NCBI GenBank assembly: GCA_024704765.1
Contig: JAKMXF010000122.1
Span: 519,068-583,067, forward strand
Reading direction: 5' to 3'
Source of the DNA: Oopsacas minuta
Taxonomy: Eukaryota; Animalia; Porifera
Length of the DNA stretch: 64,000 nucleotides
Below, in pieces: positions 1-13,883 of this stretch. The position numbers were made by a program, and so were the translations under genes. Under the pieces are notes generated by a model. That model saw nothing but the letters and a program-made list of their open reading frames with translations. It was not told where the DNA came from and searched no databases. The number at the start of each line of letters is the position of its first letter. The first letter of the stretch is position 1.

Positions 1-1024
1 TGCTCATCAAAAATAGAAATTTTTACTTTTGAAATTCTTGTATTTCAATGAATTAATGTCCTCTATTTATTCACAGGATATAAATAACTAGCACGTTTAC
101 TTTAGAATAGAATTCGGATTACATCTTAATATTGTAATTTTGAAAATTCATAAATCTATTTTTGATAAATATATTATTATCATGTCCATGGTATAATTCA
201 GAAATTTTTCTGTCCCAAAGCTATCATTAAAACATGGATTTAACTTGAGTGTGAAGTAGATGTACGAATTCAAACCATATTAGCATAAAGTTAAATAAAA
301 TTATCTACAATAATATTTGAGTAAATAGTCAAATTATATAAATGCTAACGTCATCGCGTAAATGGCGCCTAAACGAGATGAAGGATGGCTGTTTGAACTT
401 TTTACGTAGTCTTAACTGATTCCTTACATTTTCTAACCCTTATAATATCAATCCACAAATTTTGAAGGGTAAATTTAATTATCATGAAATTTATAAAAAT
501 TGCCTATCATTTTTATTCGTTGCTCGGCTACTTTCCTATCTGTATGATATAGTAGTATAAGATGGGGAATAAGGGGTTGTGAGGAGATTCGTCGTCCCGA
601 CTTCCTCCACTTATAGAAGTTCTACAATACTACACTCCCTATATAAATAGACAGTGTAAGATCAATATAAATTATTAAAAAAGATACATTAACTCAGGTC
701 TCCACCTTTCTGAAATTTTAGAAGAATTCCCATGAAACATAAAAATCTTATAATTGGGCTATTCTCTTAGAATTTAAGGAGGCAATTCTAAGAAAAATTC
801 TAAGATTGAATAATTCTAAAAAATTCTTAGAAATTATATTTAGAAATTGGGGAACAAGAGTAAAAAATTACATATGGAGAAAATGTTTATGAGGTGCATG
901 CAGTATGTAAATAACACATACTGCATGAAATCGCACAATGCCAGGTTAAGAGGTATATTAGATGAGAATTAATAAATAACAAAGATAGAAACCAAGGAAT
1001 GAAGGAGTAAAACGCGTTACTAAC

Positions 1025-1221
1025 CTGATGAGGACCATCAGAAACTTCTATAACTAAGGAAAAACTTGAAATTGCTTCAAAGTCAAGTGCAGTAGCTGAA
1101 ATAGTTACAATACCTGACGAATCAATAATAAATGAGTTGTTCGTGTTACCGGAACTAATTGAATAAGTAATGGTTCCCACTGTATCAATATCTTGAATGT
1201 TCACGTCAAATACTTCAGTAC
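1025..1221 (-). CDS. Cadherin exon H (197 nt, phase 1 to 0); gene continues left of the window
   Basis: (G)TEVFDVNIQDIDTVGTITYSISSGN...LDFEAISSFSLVIEVSDGPHQ. Acceptor tttcatacag|gt, donor cag|gttagt. Confidence 0.9.
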
Positions 1222-1844
1222 CTGTATGAAATAAATATGTACAAATAGAACGAAATTAATATGAATAGGTATACGGTTTAACCCCATAAATAGGAAGGTG
1301 GTTATACGAGTTCCAGATGAATATTATGGGTGTTCAAACATCCCCCTCATAACCGGTTTCAAAATGGGATATGTCGAGATTTCTAATTCGATTGTTTTAA
1401 TTAGTGAAGAGCTATTGGAATCATATTTACAGAATCCTATCTAATTTTCACAAATATTCTTTCAATGAGTTTTCCAGGAGATATCCTAGAAAACTGCAGA
1501 TGACTAATGTACTAGCGACTAAATTCGTTTTCACTAAATAGTGTAAATATAATTACGTAACAAAATTATCATGTTAGCTAAGCATAAACATCTAAACAAC
1601 TACAACTGCACAATATTACACTCCTCCTACTATGTGGCAAGAATAGCTGTACATCTATGTTTAAGCGTCTAAAATTCAAAGGTTTTTCTGGGAGTTGCCG
1701 CAAGACCAACCCTTACAGTCGTTGGCTTCGCACGCTCCAGAGCACTCCGTTCACGATAATCCTCGATAACCACAGAAATTCTTCGCTATAATTGAAAGAA
1801 TAGTGAATGAACGTAATATTAAGGCAACTCAGGGATGCAAAAAT

Positions 1845-2292
1845 AGTTAACAAATATGACTTATTTTTGTGTTCGCACATATTTTTTGATGGAATTTCCT
1901 CGATGTTCTAGAATTGATTTTTAACGTTGGTTTTACGGCGAATATCACACAAAGATTTTTTAACGATTGTTTATGAAAATGAAGATCATCTTTTCGGTAT
2001 TTAAACTAACATTTAACAAGTGGAAGGTATTTTGATAAAAAGGATTATGTTCTAATTTTGAGAATTTCTGAAAAAATTGACAAATATAAAAAAATTGCCA
2101 TATATGGGCATGAACTTTGATTGCATGATTGCGGTTAAAATAACTTGGAAAGCAGGTTCAACAGTATTCTAGATGTCTCCACTGTACGTGGAATCTTATT
2201 TACAGTTGAATTTATAATGATAACTGCAATCCTTTATGATCAAACGGAATATAATCAATGACTTGGAAATTATTTGGCAATTCTTTGCTTAT
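1845..2292. repeat. MITE-A partial copy
   Basis: Interior plus right-TIR sequence (ccatatatgggcatgaactttgattgc...ggcaattctttgctta). Confidence 0.8.
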
Positions 2293-2619
2293 TTAATAAA
2301 GATTTAGATTGTTGATATTGTAATCGTGCAGTTAGGGAGTATAATAAATATCTCTGGATTCTGGTTGTGAGATGTCAGAAACAGTTGATGAGATAAACAC
2401 ATTGTTAAAGAAGAGCCCGTCTCTCTGGGCAAGAAAGATTGGGAGAGATAGCAGTATATCGAGAGCGAATATGTAAATTCCGGGATAGAAGCGGTATTGT
2501 CATAGGTGGACATGAAACACAAGAGCGGTTTAGTCATCCTCCTACTGGTTAAAGATCATCGAAGAATCTACTCAGCACGGCAACTTGAAGTTTGAGCCAC
2601 ATGCAAGTGCTTTTATCTA

Positions 2620-2900
2620 AAAGGAGCTCCGGAAATCTTGATACTCATAGATCGTTTGTAACTACAGACTTCGAAAGACAACGAAGCCGATACACTAATG
2701 CCGCTTTCCTGGAAGAAAGAGTTAACAGGAAATATGATAAGCCGACAATAATCTTGACAGACAAAGGAACCAATATTGTAGGTGAATATTCAGGGGAATT
2801 TGTAGGTAGGCAATTGAAAACAAAAAGTTCATAACAATCAGCCATCTCAATGTAAAACATTGTACAACGGTACACCACATACGACAAGTGTAGCAAATAA
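2620..2900 (+). pseudogene. Possible Gypsy-type integrase relic
   Basis: FLEERVNRKYDKPTIILTDKGTNIVGE resembles the rve 'P..I.TD.G..F' segment. Heavily decayed. Confidence 0.4.
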
Positions 2901-4114
2901 TAAGATAGCTACAAATGGAGCGTCAAGCTATCCAAAGGTACCCGGCCCGTGCTCTAATATCTACCAGATTCCATGTGGAAGGAATGAATAATTCGACGAG
3001 TCATGTATCGTTACATTTACAATACTTCAGCAGAGTCCATTGGATGGTTTTAAACAATGATAGATGAATATGTACATGCATTCACAAGAGAAAAAGAATA
3101 ATCGCAGAAAGAATACCCAGAAAAACCCCCACCACATGGAGAGTTCTACAATAGGGGAAAGATTGCTAATTAACTAGAAACATAAGTGGGTACACATCTA
3201 AAAAGCTAAAAATATGTTAAGGCTAGAGACTCAAGTACGCTGAAAGAGAGTTCCCATCAGAAAATAATTCTCCTGCAGTTACACTAAAGAGAAGTAGGAG
3301 GATTAATCAGGTCTGTTCCTCCCACATTAGAGTTGGAAAAAGAGGGCGACAAGCAATGACAAATGGAAGAAGCACAAAGCAAGGTCTGAGGGATATGCAG
3401 TAAGAAACAGAAGACCTTCAAAACCCGTTGAATAATAATTCAGGTGGGACACGGAATACGAGGAACATACAAGGCATGGACAGTTGGCAAGTCATTTTGA
3501 GAGATGGTTACGTATGTGGTAGCACCAAAGCGAAGTGAATTATTTAAAGTAGAAACGCGCACTAGAGATATTTACAATATTGTTATTGGAACACTGAGTA
3601 GTATAAGTCGGATAGTAATGTGTCGTCGAGTGGCTTCAAAATTAGGGCATAATTCAATCTAGTGGGCAGCAAGACGTGAGTGTGGGACAGGAAACATTTA
3701 GTAAGGTCAATGAGCGAAACCCACGAGAAGAAATAACGTTCTGTTTGCGATTATCCCAGAAAGTTGATATTGTTCTGGTCCCTTTGAGTAAAAGTGTAGT
3801 AGTTCAGAGAATATTTGGGGTTCCGCCCCCTTCCAGTCACATATAGCAAGAAGCCACAAATCGAAATTATCTGTAAGCATACACATATTGTTTGGGATTT
3901 CCAAGTATCAGGCGTTTAAATTAACACAGAGACGAAATTACAAGTCTATTACTTCAAAAATTCTAAAAATTGGACAATTATACCTTAAGTTGAGCGAGCA
4001 TAATTGCTAAAATTCAAATTGAATTAAATCACTCAATTATGCTCATATCAGAAGTCATAAATAATTAAGTCAAGAAATACAGTTAATACGGAATAAGTGA
4101 GGAAGGACACAAAC

Positions 4115-4288
4115 CTCCTGGAGCAGATTCAGGGATCGTAATAGAGAAATCAGAATTAGTAATCATAGGTGCAATGTCGTTCTCATCTGTAAGTTGAATG
4201 TTAAGATTAGTGATTCCAGAAAAATCTTTATCTTCAGCTAATATACTGATACTGTAAGACTTTGGACCCAGGTCAAAATCCAAAGGAC
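4115..4288 (-). CDS. Cadherin exon G (174 nt, phase 1 to 1)
   Basis: (G)PLDFDLGPKSYSISILAEDKDFSGITNLNIQLTDENDIAPMITNSDFSITIPESAPG(G). Acceptor catag|gt, donor ggag|gtttgt. Confidence 0.9.
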
Positions 4289-4599
4289 CTATGATAGGAA
4301 GATATATACAATGAAATATAAATTCAGAAGATATTCGTAGCATAAACAGGTGGCATGTCTTAAGAACAATTCACCAAACCCCCGATGACTTTACATTCCT
4401 GGATCAAAATAGTCTGTGAATGAGCTACTTTTGAGCTTTGACGATCTCAGGATAGGATCTAAAGACCCAATTACCCACATAACAAGTTGAAACCTTCTCA
4501 CTAGCATGCTTTTGATTTTGTATAGAAAGTGTGAAAAATGATTAATCATCGAAAAGTTGTCAAATATTCACATTAAAAGAAATAGTTACCCGAGGTGCA

Positions 4600-5406
4600 A
4601 ATCTCCAACCCAAGCAAGGAATTGCCAAAATAATATCCAGGCAATTGATGGTATTCTGTTTGATCATGAAGGTTTGCAGTTATCATTACAAATTCAACTG
4701 GAAATAGGATTCCACAACGGCAGAGACACCTAGAATCCTTTTGGACCAGCTTTCCAAGTTATTTTACCACAATGACGCAATCAAATTTCATGCTCATACA
4801 TGGTAATTTCTTCCATTTGTATCAATTCTTCCAGAAATACCCAAAACTTAAACGAATCATTTTGATAAAAATACCTTCTACTTGTTAAATGTTAGTTTAA
4901 TTAACCAAAAGATGATCTTCATTTTCATAAACACTCGTTAAATAATCATTTTAGTGATATTCGCCGGAAAAACAACATTAATAGTCAATCCTAGAAAATC
5001 GAAGAAATTCCATCAAAAAATCTATGCGAACGCACAATAAGTCATAACAGTTAACCATTTTTATAAGTTTAGTTAATACAGTCTTTCTATTGTGTTTTTA
5101 TGCTAAATTAATACGAATCATGATTCATTTCATGCTATTTGTGGGTTTTCGATAATTTTGGTATTTATTAGTAAAATAATTACCATTATTGAAGGTGAAC
5201 TTTGATTGCGTCATTGTGGTTAAAATTACTTAAGGGAAGCAGATTCAAAAGTATTCTAGATATCTCCACCGTATGTTGAAACCTATATTAAGTTGGATTC
5301 GTAATAATAACTGCAATTCCTCATGATCAAAGAGAATATAATCAATTGCCTGGAAAGGATTTTGGGCAATTTCTTGCTTAGCTAGCCGTATATATAGTAT
5401 GCCATG
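4600..5406. repeat. MITE-A copy with left tip missing
   Basis: Both TIR bodies present; ends ...tatagtatgccatg. Confidence 0.82.
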
Positions 5407-6430
5407 CTGTGTACCTCTTTTATGTGTTAAAATACCAATTTTGAATTGATGAATTGAAAATATCAGATTCACACATTTAATTCAATAGATTAGCACAGTG
5501 AAGAACGGTTAGCTTTTATCAATTAGAAATTGATCCTAACTTGGTAAATGTACTCAATCTCGGATTCAAACTCGGATGAAAGTGTACCGGATCCCGGATT
5601 GACAGCCAGAGCAGAAACTGAATTCGACTATACTACAATAAGCCTCAGCTGTATATACGTATATGGAATCTCTTTGAATTATTTTCTTGAACACAATTTC
5701 TTACAAGGATTTTGATTGGGTCGCAATTTTAATCAATATTTTCTTTGATATATGTAACTTTTGTATCTCGAAATACAGACACCCTAATAACCAAGTTTGA
5801 TACCAACAATACAATTCGGTATCTACACAGAGGGGTGTCAGGGGGGCTGCTCCCGCTGAAAGTAACAAATCATATAACCCTGAGGTGCAATACCAGTCTG
5901 TCGGCTGGCGCTGTATTAATGCGTTATTAAGAACTAATCCTTCCAATTAGATTAAAACTTACCCGAACCTTCCCCGTAAAACGCCTAGTTGAATTAAAGT
6001 GCCAATCAGTTTCAGCAGAACTTGCTTGAACACTAAAATAGACCGTGATAGGTACCAGAGGATTGTAAATTTGCAACCCAGGGCCGTAGGAAGCAAAAGA
6101 ACATTGGTGCGGCGAGAAGTACACGGAGCGAGCATAACGAGCTAACAAAAGTGAGGTTCTGGGTGGTCTTTCCCTCCAGAAAATTTTGATCCTTTCACAC
6201 ACTTAGTCAGTAGTTTAGATGCTATTTTATGTATTGTAAACACATTCTACTACAACATTTTGTGTTATAAAATGAGTGAATATACGTATATTCTGAAGGT
6301 TTACTATTCTACATCTTATCTAATATTTTCTCATCTCCAATGTCACACCTTACAGTACCTGTTCCTACGCAGTGGCGTACCAAGCACTATTGGTACCAGG
6401 GGCGGAATCTGAAGCTGGAACCCCCCTTTT

Positions 6431-6912
6431 GCCGTGCACATTTCATGCCAACTTGAAACTATTATATTAGTCAAAACAAAGCAATGATAATCTATTAATT
6501 TATATAAAGATATGTCATATAATAATCCAAAGACAAAGTAATAGAGTATTAAGTAGAAGTCTTAGCGAGTTCAGAAAATTTTTGAAAAGCCGTCCTTCAA
6601 GGAAATTATAGAAAATTTTTGCTTATATTCGATATCAAAAATGCTGCCTGGAAATCGGGAATTCAGGGTTTGATTAAGAATGTCAGACAGAGAAAACTGT
6701 TAAATACCTAAATAGTAGGTCTGAAGACCGTGTAAGTCATTCGGGGAGAAAAAATTCTGAAGAATGTAATGGGAATTTGATCTAACAATCCACAAATGGA
6801 AAGATATTTATGGTGTTCATCTAGAACATAAGCGCTAATCCCCTTAGATTTTCAACCCACGATAATAACAGCTTGTAATCGTCTAGTATGCCATTTTAGC
6901 TCTATAACTATA
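6431..6912. repeat. Dispersed repeat D, left copy (inverted partner at 9587-10062)
   Basis: Collinear but diverged reverse-complement match, e.g. atggtgttcatctagaacataag and ttcagaaaatttttg. Confidence 0.75.
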
Positions 6913-7754
6913 CTTTTCTTCGAAGCCATAACAATATAAAGTACTAGAAATATGAACAAAAAACGAATTCATTAATAAGTCAAGAAGGTATCGCGGAAAG
7001 TTCAATTTGTGGAATTGTATACATATCCTAGATCACTTAATTAAAATTTCCGAATACTAATTCATCATCACCAAATTCGGCTGAAATGTACATATTATAG
7101 TAATATATATTTAGCTGAACAATTTCTTCAACACATGTTCATTAATATCGTTCCTAGCTGAGAGGATATTGCGAATTTAGTGTTATGATGACGTGATAGA
7201 ACAAAAATATGGAATTGACCATATTTAGGTGTGACTACGGATTTTGCCAAAATTAAGACGGGGAGTGAATTTTTGAATCTTGAAAATGTCATTTTTGAAT
7301 TCAGCTCCCAAAGATTGTGTTAGATGCCCAATTTAGTGACTAAAAATACAGAATTGAGCATATTTTCAGTCATACAATGTTCAGCCTATGCATCTTTGAC
7401 TGTGGTTTGGCTATGTCAAGTCCGGGTATTCTAGTATTCTAGTAGTCTGTGCTTCTACACATACAAACAGCAAGAATCCTTGTAAATTAGGATGCTATAA
7501 TACAAATATTCAGACAGGAACTTCTAAGATTCGCAAGGAGTTGGTGGAAAAGTCCAAATTTTCTATATTTTGGCTAGATCCAATCCTATTTTTAGTTTTT
7601 CGAGATGGTATTTCTTCTTATCTAGTAAGTAAATTGAAATAAGCGTGGTAAAACTAGAAATTGAAAAATAGGATAAGTAACAAAATAGGGAATTTTTAGT
7701 GGAATTAATCATAAAATATCTCATCACAGGTATTAATACTATATTAGTATTAAC

Positions 7755-8815
7755 CATAGCCTACTAAATATAAGGCCTAACAGTAAAAGTACCAGGGATG
7801 CAGTATTAGCTGTAAGCATTTATAGACATAGTTTCCTTTTGCAGAAAATGCATTTTTGGCTGAATAAATGTATGACATTTTTGTAGGACATCAAATTTTA
7901 CACAAATAAATGGTAAAACTTTTAGGAATGTGTAAAAATATGTGTCTAGTAAGCATTTATTTAGCAAAATATGTCATTCTTTGATGCCTTGTAGAACGTT
8001 AAATATTGCATTTATCAACTCAAAGTGAATAAATGAAATGATCCATAGATCATTTTATACAAAATGTCAAAAATTTGTCATTCAATAGTTGGCTCGTTGT
8101 TGAGTTAGGGCAGAGACCATGGATGACAAGTTTTTATGAATATTCAGTTATAACTCGAGAATCATTAAAATTACCGTAAAATCAGAATAGTCAATTTATA
8201 CTATTTACCCGACTTCCCATACCCTTGTAATACATTCTGATATGAAATAATTGAAGAGTATTGCAGAATATTGAATATGACCATATATGGGCATCGTCAC
8301 ATTGGTGAGAGATATCATATCAAAATGTATTGCAAGGGTATGGGAAGTCGGGTAAATAGTATAAATTGACTATTCTGATTTTACGGTAATTTTAATGATT
8401 CTCGAGTTATAACTGAATATTCATAAAAACTTGTCATCCATGGTCTCTGCCCTAACTCAACAACGAGCCAACTATTGAATGACAAATTTTTGACATTTTG
8501 TATAAAATGATCTATGGATCATTTCATTTATTCACTTTGAGTTGATAAATGCAATATTTAACGTTCTACAAGGCATCAAAGCATGACATATTTTGCTAAA
8601 TAAATGCTTACTAGACACATATTTTTACACATTCCTAAAAGTTTTTACCATTTATTTGTGTAAAATTTGATGTCCTACAAAAATGTCATACATTTATTCA
8701 GCCAAAAATGCATTTTCTGCAAAAGGAAACTATGTCTATAAATGCTTTCAGCTAATACTGCATCCTTGGTGCCAAAAATTCGAGTTACTATTAGGCCTTA
8801 TGTTTAGTAAGTATG
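7755..8815. mobile_element. Foldback element with ~490-bp inverted arms, CAT...ATG ends (P-superfamily-like ends)
   Basis: Arms 7755-8245 / 8315-8815, 69-bp spacer. Direct repeat TATTAAC on both flanks (8-bp GTATTAAC if the terminal G is counted). No ORF recognised. Confidence 0.8.
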
Positions 8816-9586
8816 TATTAACGTATTACTTAATTCTTTGTCCAGTAGCTTAGCGTATTAGGGGCCGTTTCTCCCGGAAGCAAGGACGATTCTATGCAAC
8901 AATTTAGAGCCTTTAGATTTTTGAAACTCGAAACTTCTAGATATACTCCTCTTTGGGTCAATAGAAGTGTCTTCCTAGTCACCAAAGCCTTTTGGTGAAG
9001 AGGAAAATCAGAAATCTTTCAAATACACACATAGAACTTTAGCTCCATTGGTGAGTATGACATAAATTTTCTGTGTCTATTGTGAAATTTCTATACTAAT
9101 TCTGATCTAAGTAGACATTAGTATTTAATTGAAAAATGGAAAAAATTAAAATATCACCCTCGACAGCATTCTAAAAATCATTAAATTCACAGATTTTTGT
9201 CTATAACGAACCCAACTTGTGAATTATATAGAATTGAGAAATAATACATAATTTCAAAAAAATATTTTAAAAAATGTCTTAAAAAACGACTAGCGACCAG
9301 CGGGTTTCTTTAAGAAATTTATTTATAGAATACGATAGGCGATAGAAAGTATATGTAAAGTTTGTTGTGATTCTGCAGGAAAATAAATTAAACAATTGAC
9401 TTCATAGTTGCTAGAAAATTGATTTTGCGTCTCATATAGTATTATATCAATAGTAACTAATGGATAACCAATCATATCTCATGCTCAGGATGAACACAAA
9501 ATTGAATCCGGGTGGGCCAAAATAACCGGGCCCGAACAATTAGCTCCCCGAATGTGCATAATATTTAGGAAAGATTAACAAAACCT

Positions 9587-10062
9587 TATAGTTATAGAGC
9601 TGAAAGGGCGTAAAGACGAATACTAATAAATATTATAGTAGATTGAAAGTCTACGAGGATTAGAGCTTATGTTCTAGATGAACACCATAAAAATGTTTCC
9701 ATTTATGGGTTTTAAAGGAAAATTCCCATTACATTCTTAAGAGCTATTTTCCATGAATTACTTGCACGGTCTTCGGACTTACTATATAGGTTTTTATAGC
9801 CCTCTCTGTCTGAAATCTCTTAACCCAACCCTGAATTCTCGATTTCCAAGGGCGCATTTTTGACATCGAATATATGCAAAATTTTTGTAGAATTTCCTTG
9901 ATGCCGCGAGTCAAAAATTTTCTGAATTCACAAAGACGTCAACTGAATACTCTATTACTTCGTCTTTGGATAATTTAAAATATCTTAAAATAGAATAAAT
10001 AGGACAATATTGCTTCGTTTGTTTGACTAATAGTTTCAAGGTGGCAAGAAATGTGCAAGGGC
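9587..10062. repeat. Dispersed repeat D, right copy
   Basis: Reverse complement of 6431-6912. Confidence 0.75.
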
Positions 10063-10299
10063 CCATTCTTTGGCTCACCCGGATATTAGTACATCTATGG
10101 CCAAAATATCTAGTGGCTTCCCTTGCCTTCTTGTATAGAATGCTATGCATAATACTATTTATGGTATAAATTAGAATTTGAACTTCCGTAACCACAACTA
10201 TAAATAAAGTAATCAGTATACACGGGTTATTCAATAAATAATGATACTTTTATTCATAATTTATTTAGTAAACCTATACTCCTCATAATTGTTATCAAA

Positions 10300-11340
10300 A
10301 GTTTCGATAATTTCCCCATTTAACTTTATACATCGTTTCCATCGTTCTGGTAACTTTTCCAGCCCAGTGGTATGGAATTCTTTAGGGGTCCCTTTTCCCT
10401 CTGTTTTATTTCGTACTCCAGCGGTTGGAAATCCTCAAATCTCTTCACTCGAAGGGGTCTCTTCATTTCTCCAAACAGTCAGTAGTCGCTTGGAGCCAGG
10501 TCTGGACTCTACGGAGAATGGGGAGGCATTCGAATCCTAAGTCGTCAATTGCAGCCATTGTCTTGGAGCATACATGGGGAATTGCGTTGTCATGTTGCAA
10601 CAATACGCCATGTGTCAACTTGCCTCGCCGCTCACGTTTAATCGGCGGACGCAATGCTTTCAATGCGTCAACATAATAATCACTGATTATGGTTGTCTTC
10701 TCAGGTCGAGGTGTATAATTCCTTCCCTGTCCCAAAACACTGTTGCCATTCTCTTCCCTGCTCATTTTGCGGCCTTTACCTTGATGGGTCAGGTTCATCA
10801 CGTCTCTTCCACTGGTTCGATTGAGTTTTGCTCTCTGGTTCATAATAATGAAACCAAGTTTCACCCCCGGTTACTATACGATCCAAAAAGTCTTCCTCTG
10901 CCTTGTATCTTGAAAGTAATTCTTTGCTAACTCTGACCCTTTCGCGTTTTTGTTCTTTTGAAAGAAGTTTTGGGATCCAACGCGCAATTACCTTCGACAT
11001 TCCCAGATCTTCAGTGATAATCGAGTGTAGTGTGGCTTTTGATATACCTACCCTCCCTTCTAACTCTCGAGGGTTATTCGTCTGTCCTCGTCCAAAATTG
11101 TTTGGACCCTCTCGATATTACTGCGGGTTTTTGAGGAAGTCGGACGACCTGGACGAGGGTCATCGTGGAGGTTCTCATCGCCATTATCAAAACTTTCGAT
11201 CAATTTTTATATGGCGGCTTACGAAGGACATTCATCACCGAAATTATCCTGCATTTCACGAAGAATGTATGAGCCAGTCTTCCCCTTTTTCCACAGGTAC
11301 CAAAAATTCTGTCGTTTTCCTTCTTTGCTAAAATCCACTA
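10300..11340 (-). pseudogene. Decayed mariner transposase (third family); TIRs not resolved
   Basis: RWIPKLL, VTGGETWFHYYEPE, LLQHDNAIPH, SPDLAPSDY across frames; N-terminal DDPRPGRP. Confidence 0.85.
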
Positions 11341-11392
11341 GTTGAAAGAAGTAGCCATTACAAATGAAACTTTATACTGAAGAAAATTCGCA

Positions 11393-11966
11393 TCTGTATA
11401 TTTTGATAGAGTTTTTTGTAGAACTTTGATCAAAATTTCTTATGTCGAACTTTGATCGAAAAATTTTCGTGCTCCACGACACCACCATATTCAGGGTGGC
11501 ACCCTCTGACCCCCCATGTAATACCACAATGTACCGGACTCAACTGATTTCAATCTAGGACGTGCTAGCACTTTATATTTTATTAATTAGAAAAAGTACC
11601 ATTGGGAGGAGATTAGGGATTTATTTCGCTACCTTATGGCTCTGGGAGTATTTATTCGTGTTCGTATTAGCTACTAAAGGACGAAAGTGTGGAATTTATG
11701 CAAATTTTATGATTGGATGGAGTTTTGTTGGATTGATTGTTATTAATCTTTGTAAAATGGCGAATCGTTGGATTTTTTTGTTTTATTTTCTCCATTTTGA
11801 TCAAAGTTCTCATTTTCGATCAAGATTCTACAATTTTTCGATCAAAGTTCGACTGGAGACATTTTAGTAGAACTTTGATCAAAATTTGCCTTTTCATCAT
11901 TCGATCAAAGTGCGACATAAGAAAATTTGATCAAGTTCGACAAAAAATTCGATCAAAATATACAGA
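11393..11966. mobile_element. MITE with ~70-bp TIRs and subterminal (tt)gatc(aa) repeats
   Basis: tctgtatattttgatagag... / ...tcgatcaaaatatacaga. Many ttgatcaaa/ttcgatcaa units. Confidence 0.7.
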
Positions 11967-12395
11967 TTCGATTATGCTAGTAGAGTAAAGAGTATATTGT
12001 ATAGAAGTTAGACACTCAAGTTAGGCTTATAATCTGATACTAGGCTTAGAGCTGTATTAACTAGAATATGAACTCGATACATTAGTCTCGTTACTTATTG
12101 CCCAACCCTATTTGATTCTTACATTTCTAAAGCGCTATTGGAAATATTGAAGCCTTTTGCCATTGAATATATAGATCACCCGGTTCTAAACATTTATGAA
12201 TAAAATATATTAATATCATTGCTAGCTTTTCCAACAACGTGAACAAATTGCCTATTTCTCCTCATTAGCCCACTGTGCGATCGGTCGAAAGGTAGGATAA
12301 AGAACCACAAAATAGTTGAACAAATATTGGATATTCGATACAGTGATTCAAAACTGAGGAAAGAAATATTTTATCAAAAACAAATAAGAATTCAC

Positions 12396-12882
12396 CTGAA
12401 ACAGAAATTTCTCCTGATACCATATTGATAGCAAAAGGTAATCCAGAATCGGTAATAACATAGGATATTTCACTATTTGCAAATGTTGCATCTGAATCAA
12501 TCGCAGTTATGGAAATGATAACACCTGTTGTGCTTTCAGAAATCGTGACAGAATATTGACTGAGGAGAAATATTGGAGGGTTATCATTGATATCAGATAT
12601 AATTATTTTTACAGTAGAAAATCCTTGTCTAGGGGGACTATCACTATCACTCGCAACTACAGTGAATGTAAAGTCTTCAAATTCTTCTCGATCTAGAGGA
12701 TTAATTAGAGAAAGATCGCCACTAGTTGGATTAACATTGAAGTAGTATTTGGCACCAGAATCTACAATATCATAAGTAATTATTGCGTTAGAATCTGTTT
12801 CCATCGCCAGAAGTTTTAAAAAATTGGCTTTTTCACTAAGTTCCTCTTCAATTATTGTGGTGTAAATGCTTTGATTGAATTC
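12396..12882 (-). CDS. Cadherin exon F (487 nt, phase 0 to 1)
   Basis: EFNQSIYTTIIEEE...LDREEFEDFTFTVVASDSD...DINDNPPIF...AIDSD...GEISVS(G). Acceptor ctttttag|gaa, donor tcag|gtgaat. Confidence 0.93.
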
Positions 12883-13009
12883 CTAAAAAGAATAAAGATA
12901 ATAATGTCCGAAAGGATTTACATTTTAATGATCCTATACATTAGCACAGTGATCCTCAAATAAGGATACATTGAAATGAATAAAGTTCAAGAATATTAGA
13001 TAAAAAGGA

Positions 13010-13520
13010 GGTGCCGGAATTAGCGAGAATTTTGAAGTTGTCACACGTTAGAATTCTATCAATTGTCACAGGTTAGAATCTCTGTTTGATATTACTGTCA
13101 CTAGTTAGAATCTCTTTTTGAAAGTACTGTCACAAGTTAGAATCGTTTTTGAGACTACAACTTACTACTGTCACAAGTAAGAATCGATTTTCAGACTGTT
13201 GTCACAAGTACAAAAACAAAAAAATCCAAAGGATTCGGCATTTTGCAAACTTTTCGAATAATTAGTCTAACAAAAGTGCATCCAAACACAAAATTACAAT
13301 GAAGTCCACATCCCCGCCCCTAGGTAGCTTAATAACGAGTTCTAATGAAAACTCCCAGATCCATAAGGTAGTGAACTAAATCCCTAATCCCCTCCCAATG
13401 GTACCGGTTTATAATAATTAATTGTTCATGTTATCATTCCTTTTTCTGTGACAATAACTTAATATTCTTAAAGTCTAGTCTAACTTGTGACAGTAGTAGT
13501 CTCAAAAACGATTCTAACTA
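13010..13520. repeat. Non-autonomous element with ~30-bp tandem tgtcac..gttagaatc units and an inverted partial copy
   Basis: About 5 units at 13038-13210 and inverted units at 13480-13520. Architecture resembles the Phantom-like TIRs at 22.4 and 25.4 kb. Confidence 0.6.
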
Positions 13521-13883
13521 CTCGAGATATAATTGAATATCATATTAATCGTCATCCATGGTCTCTACTGAAGATCAACAATTAGTCAACTTTTGAATGA
13601 CAGCTTTTGAGATCTTGCATAAAAGTCTCTAAAGATCATTTCATTCATTCACTTAAGTTGATAAATGCAAATTTAACGTTCTACAATGCATTAGTAGAAT
13701 GATATTCTACTAAATTAATGCGTAATAAACACGTATTTTGACACGTTCCTGAAATATTTAGCATATACTAGTACAAAATTGAAGGCCAAAAAAATGTAAT
13801 ACAATTATTCAGCCAAAAAATGCAATTTCTGCAATGTAGAAACCATGTCTATAAATGCAAAATTTTCAATTTATTATTAGGCC
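13520..13883. repeat. Diverged single-arm copy of the 7755-8815 foldback
   Basis: ctcgag...gtcatccatggtctct...ttgataaatgca...aacgttctaca...ttattcagccaaaa...tattaggcc aligns with 8400-8797. Confidence 0.75.

Noticed and set aside
3560-3904. 65-aa ORF, possible retroelement relic
   Set aside because: No motif I could identify with confidence.
13038-13210. CRISPR-like array (also 22390-22520, 25290-25440, 11800-11960)
   Set aside because: Degenerate tandem subterminal repeats without unique spacers, in a eukaryotic intron with no cas genes.
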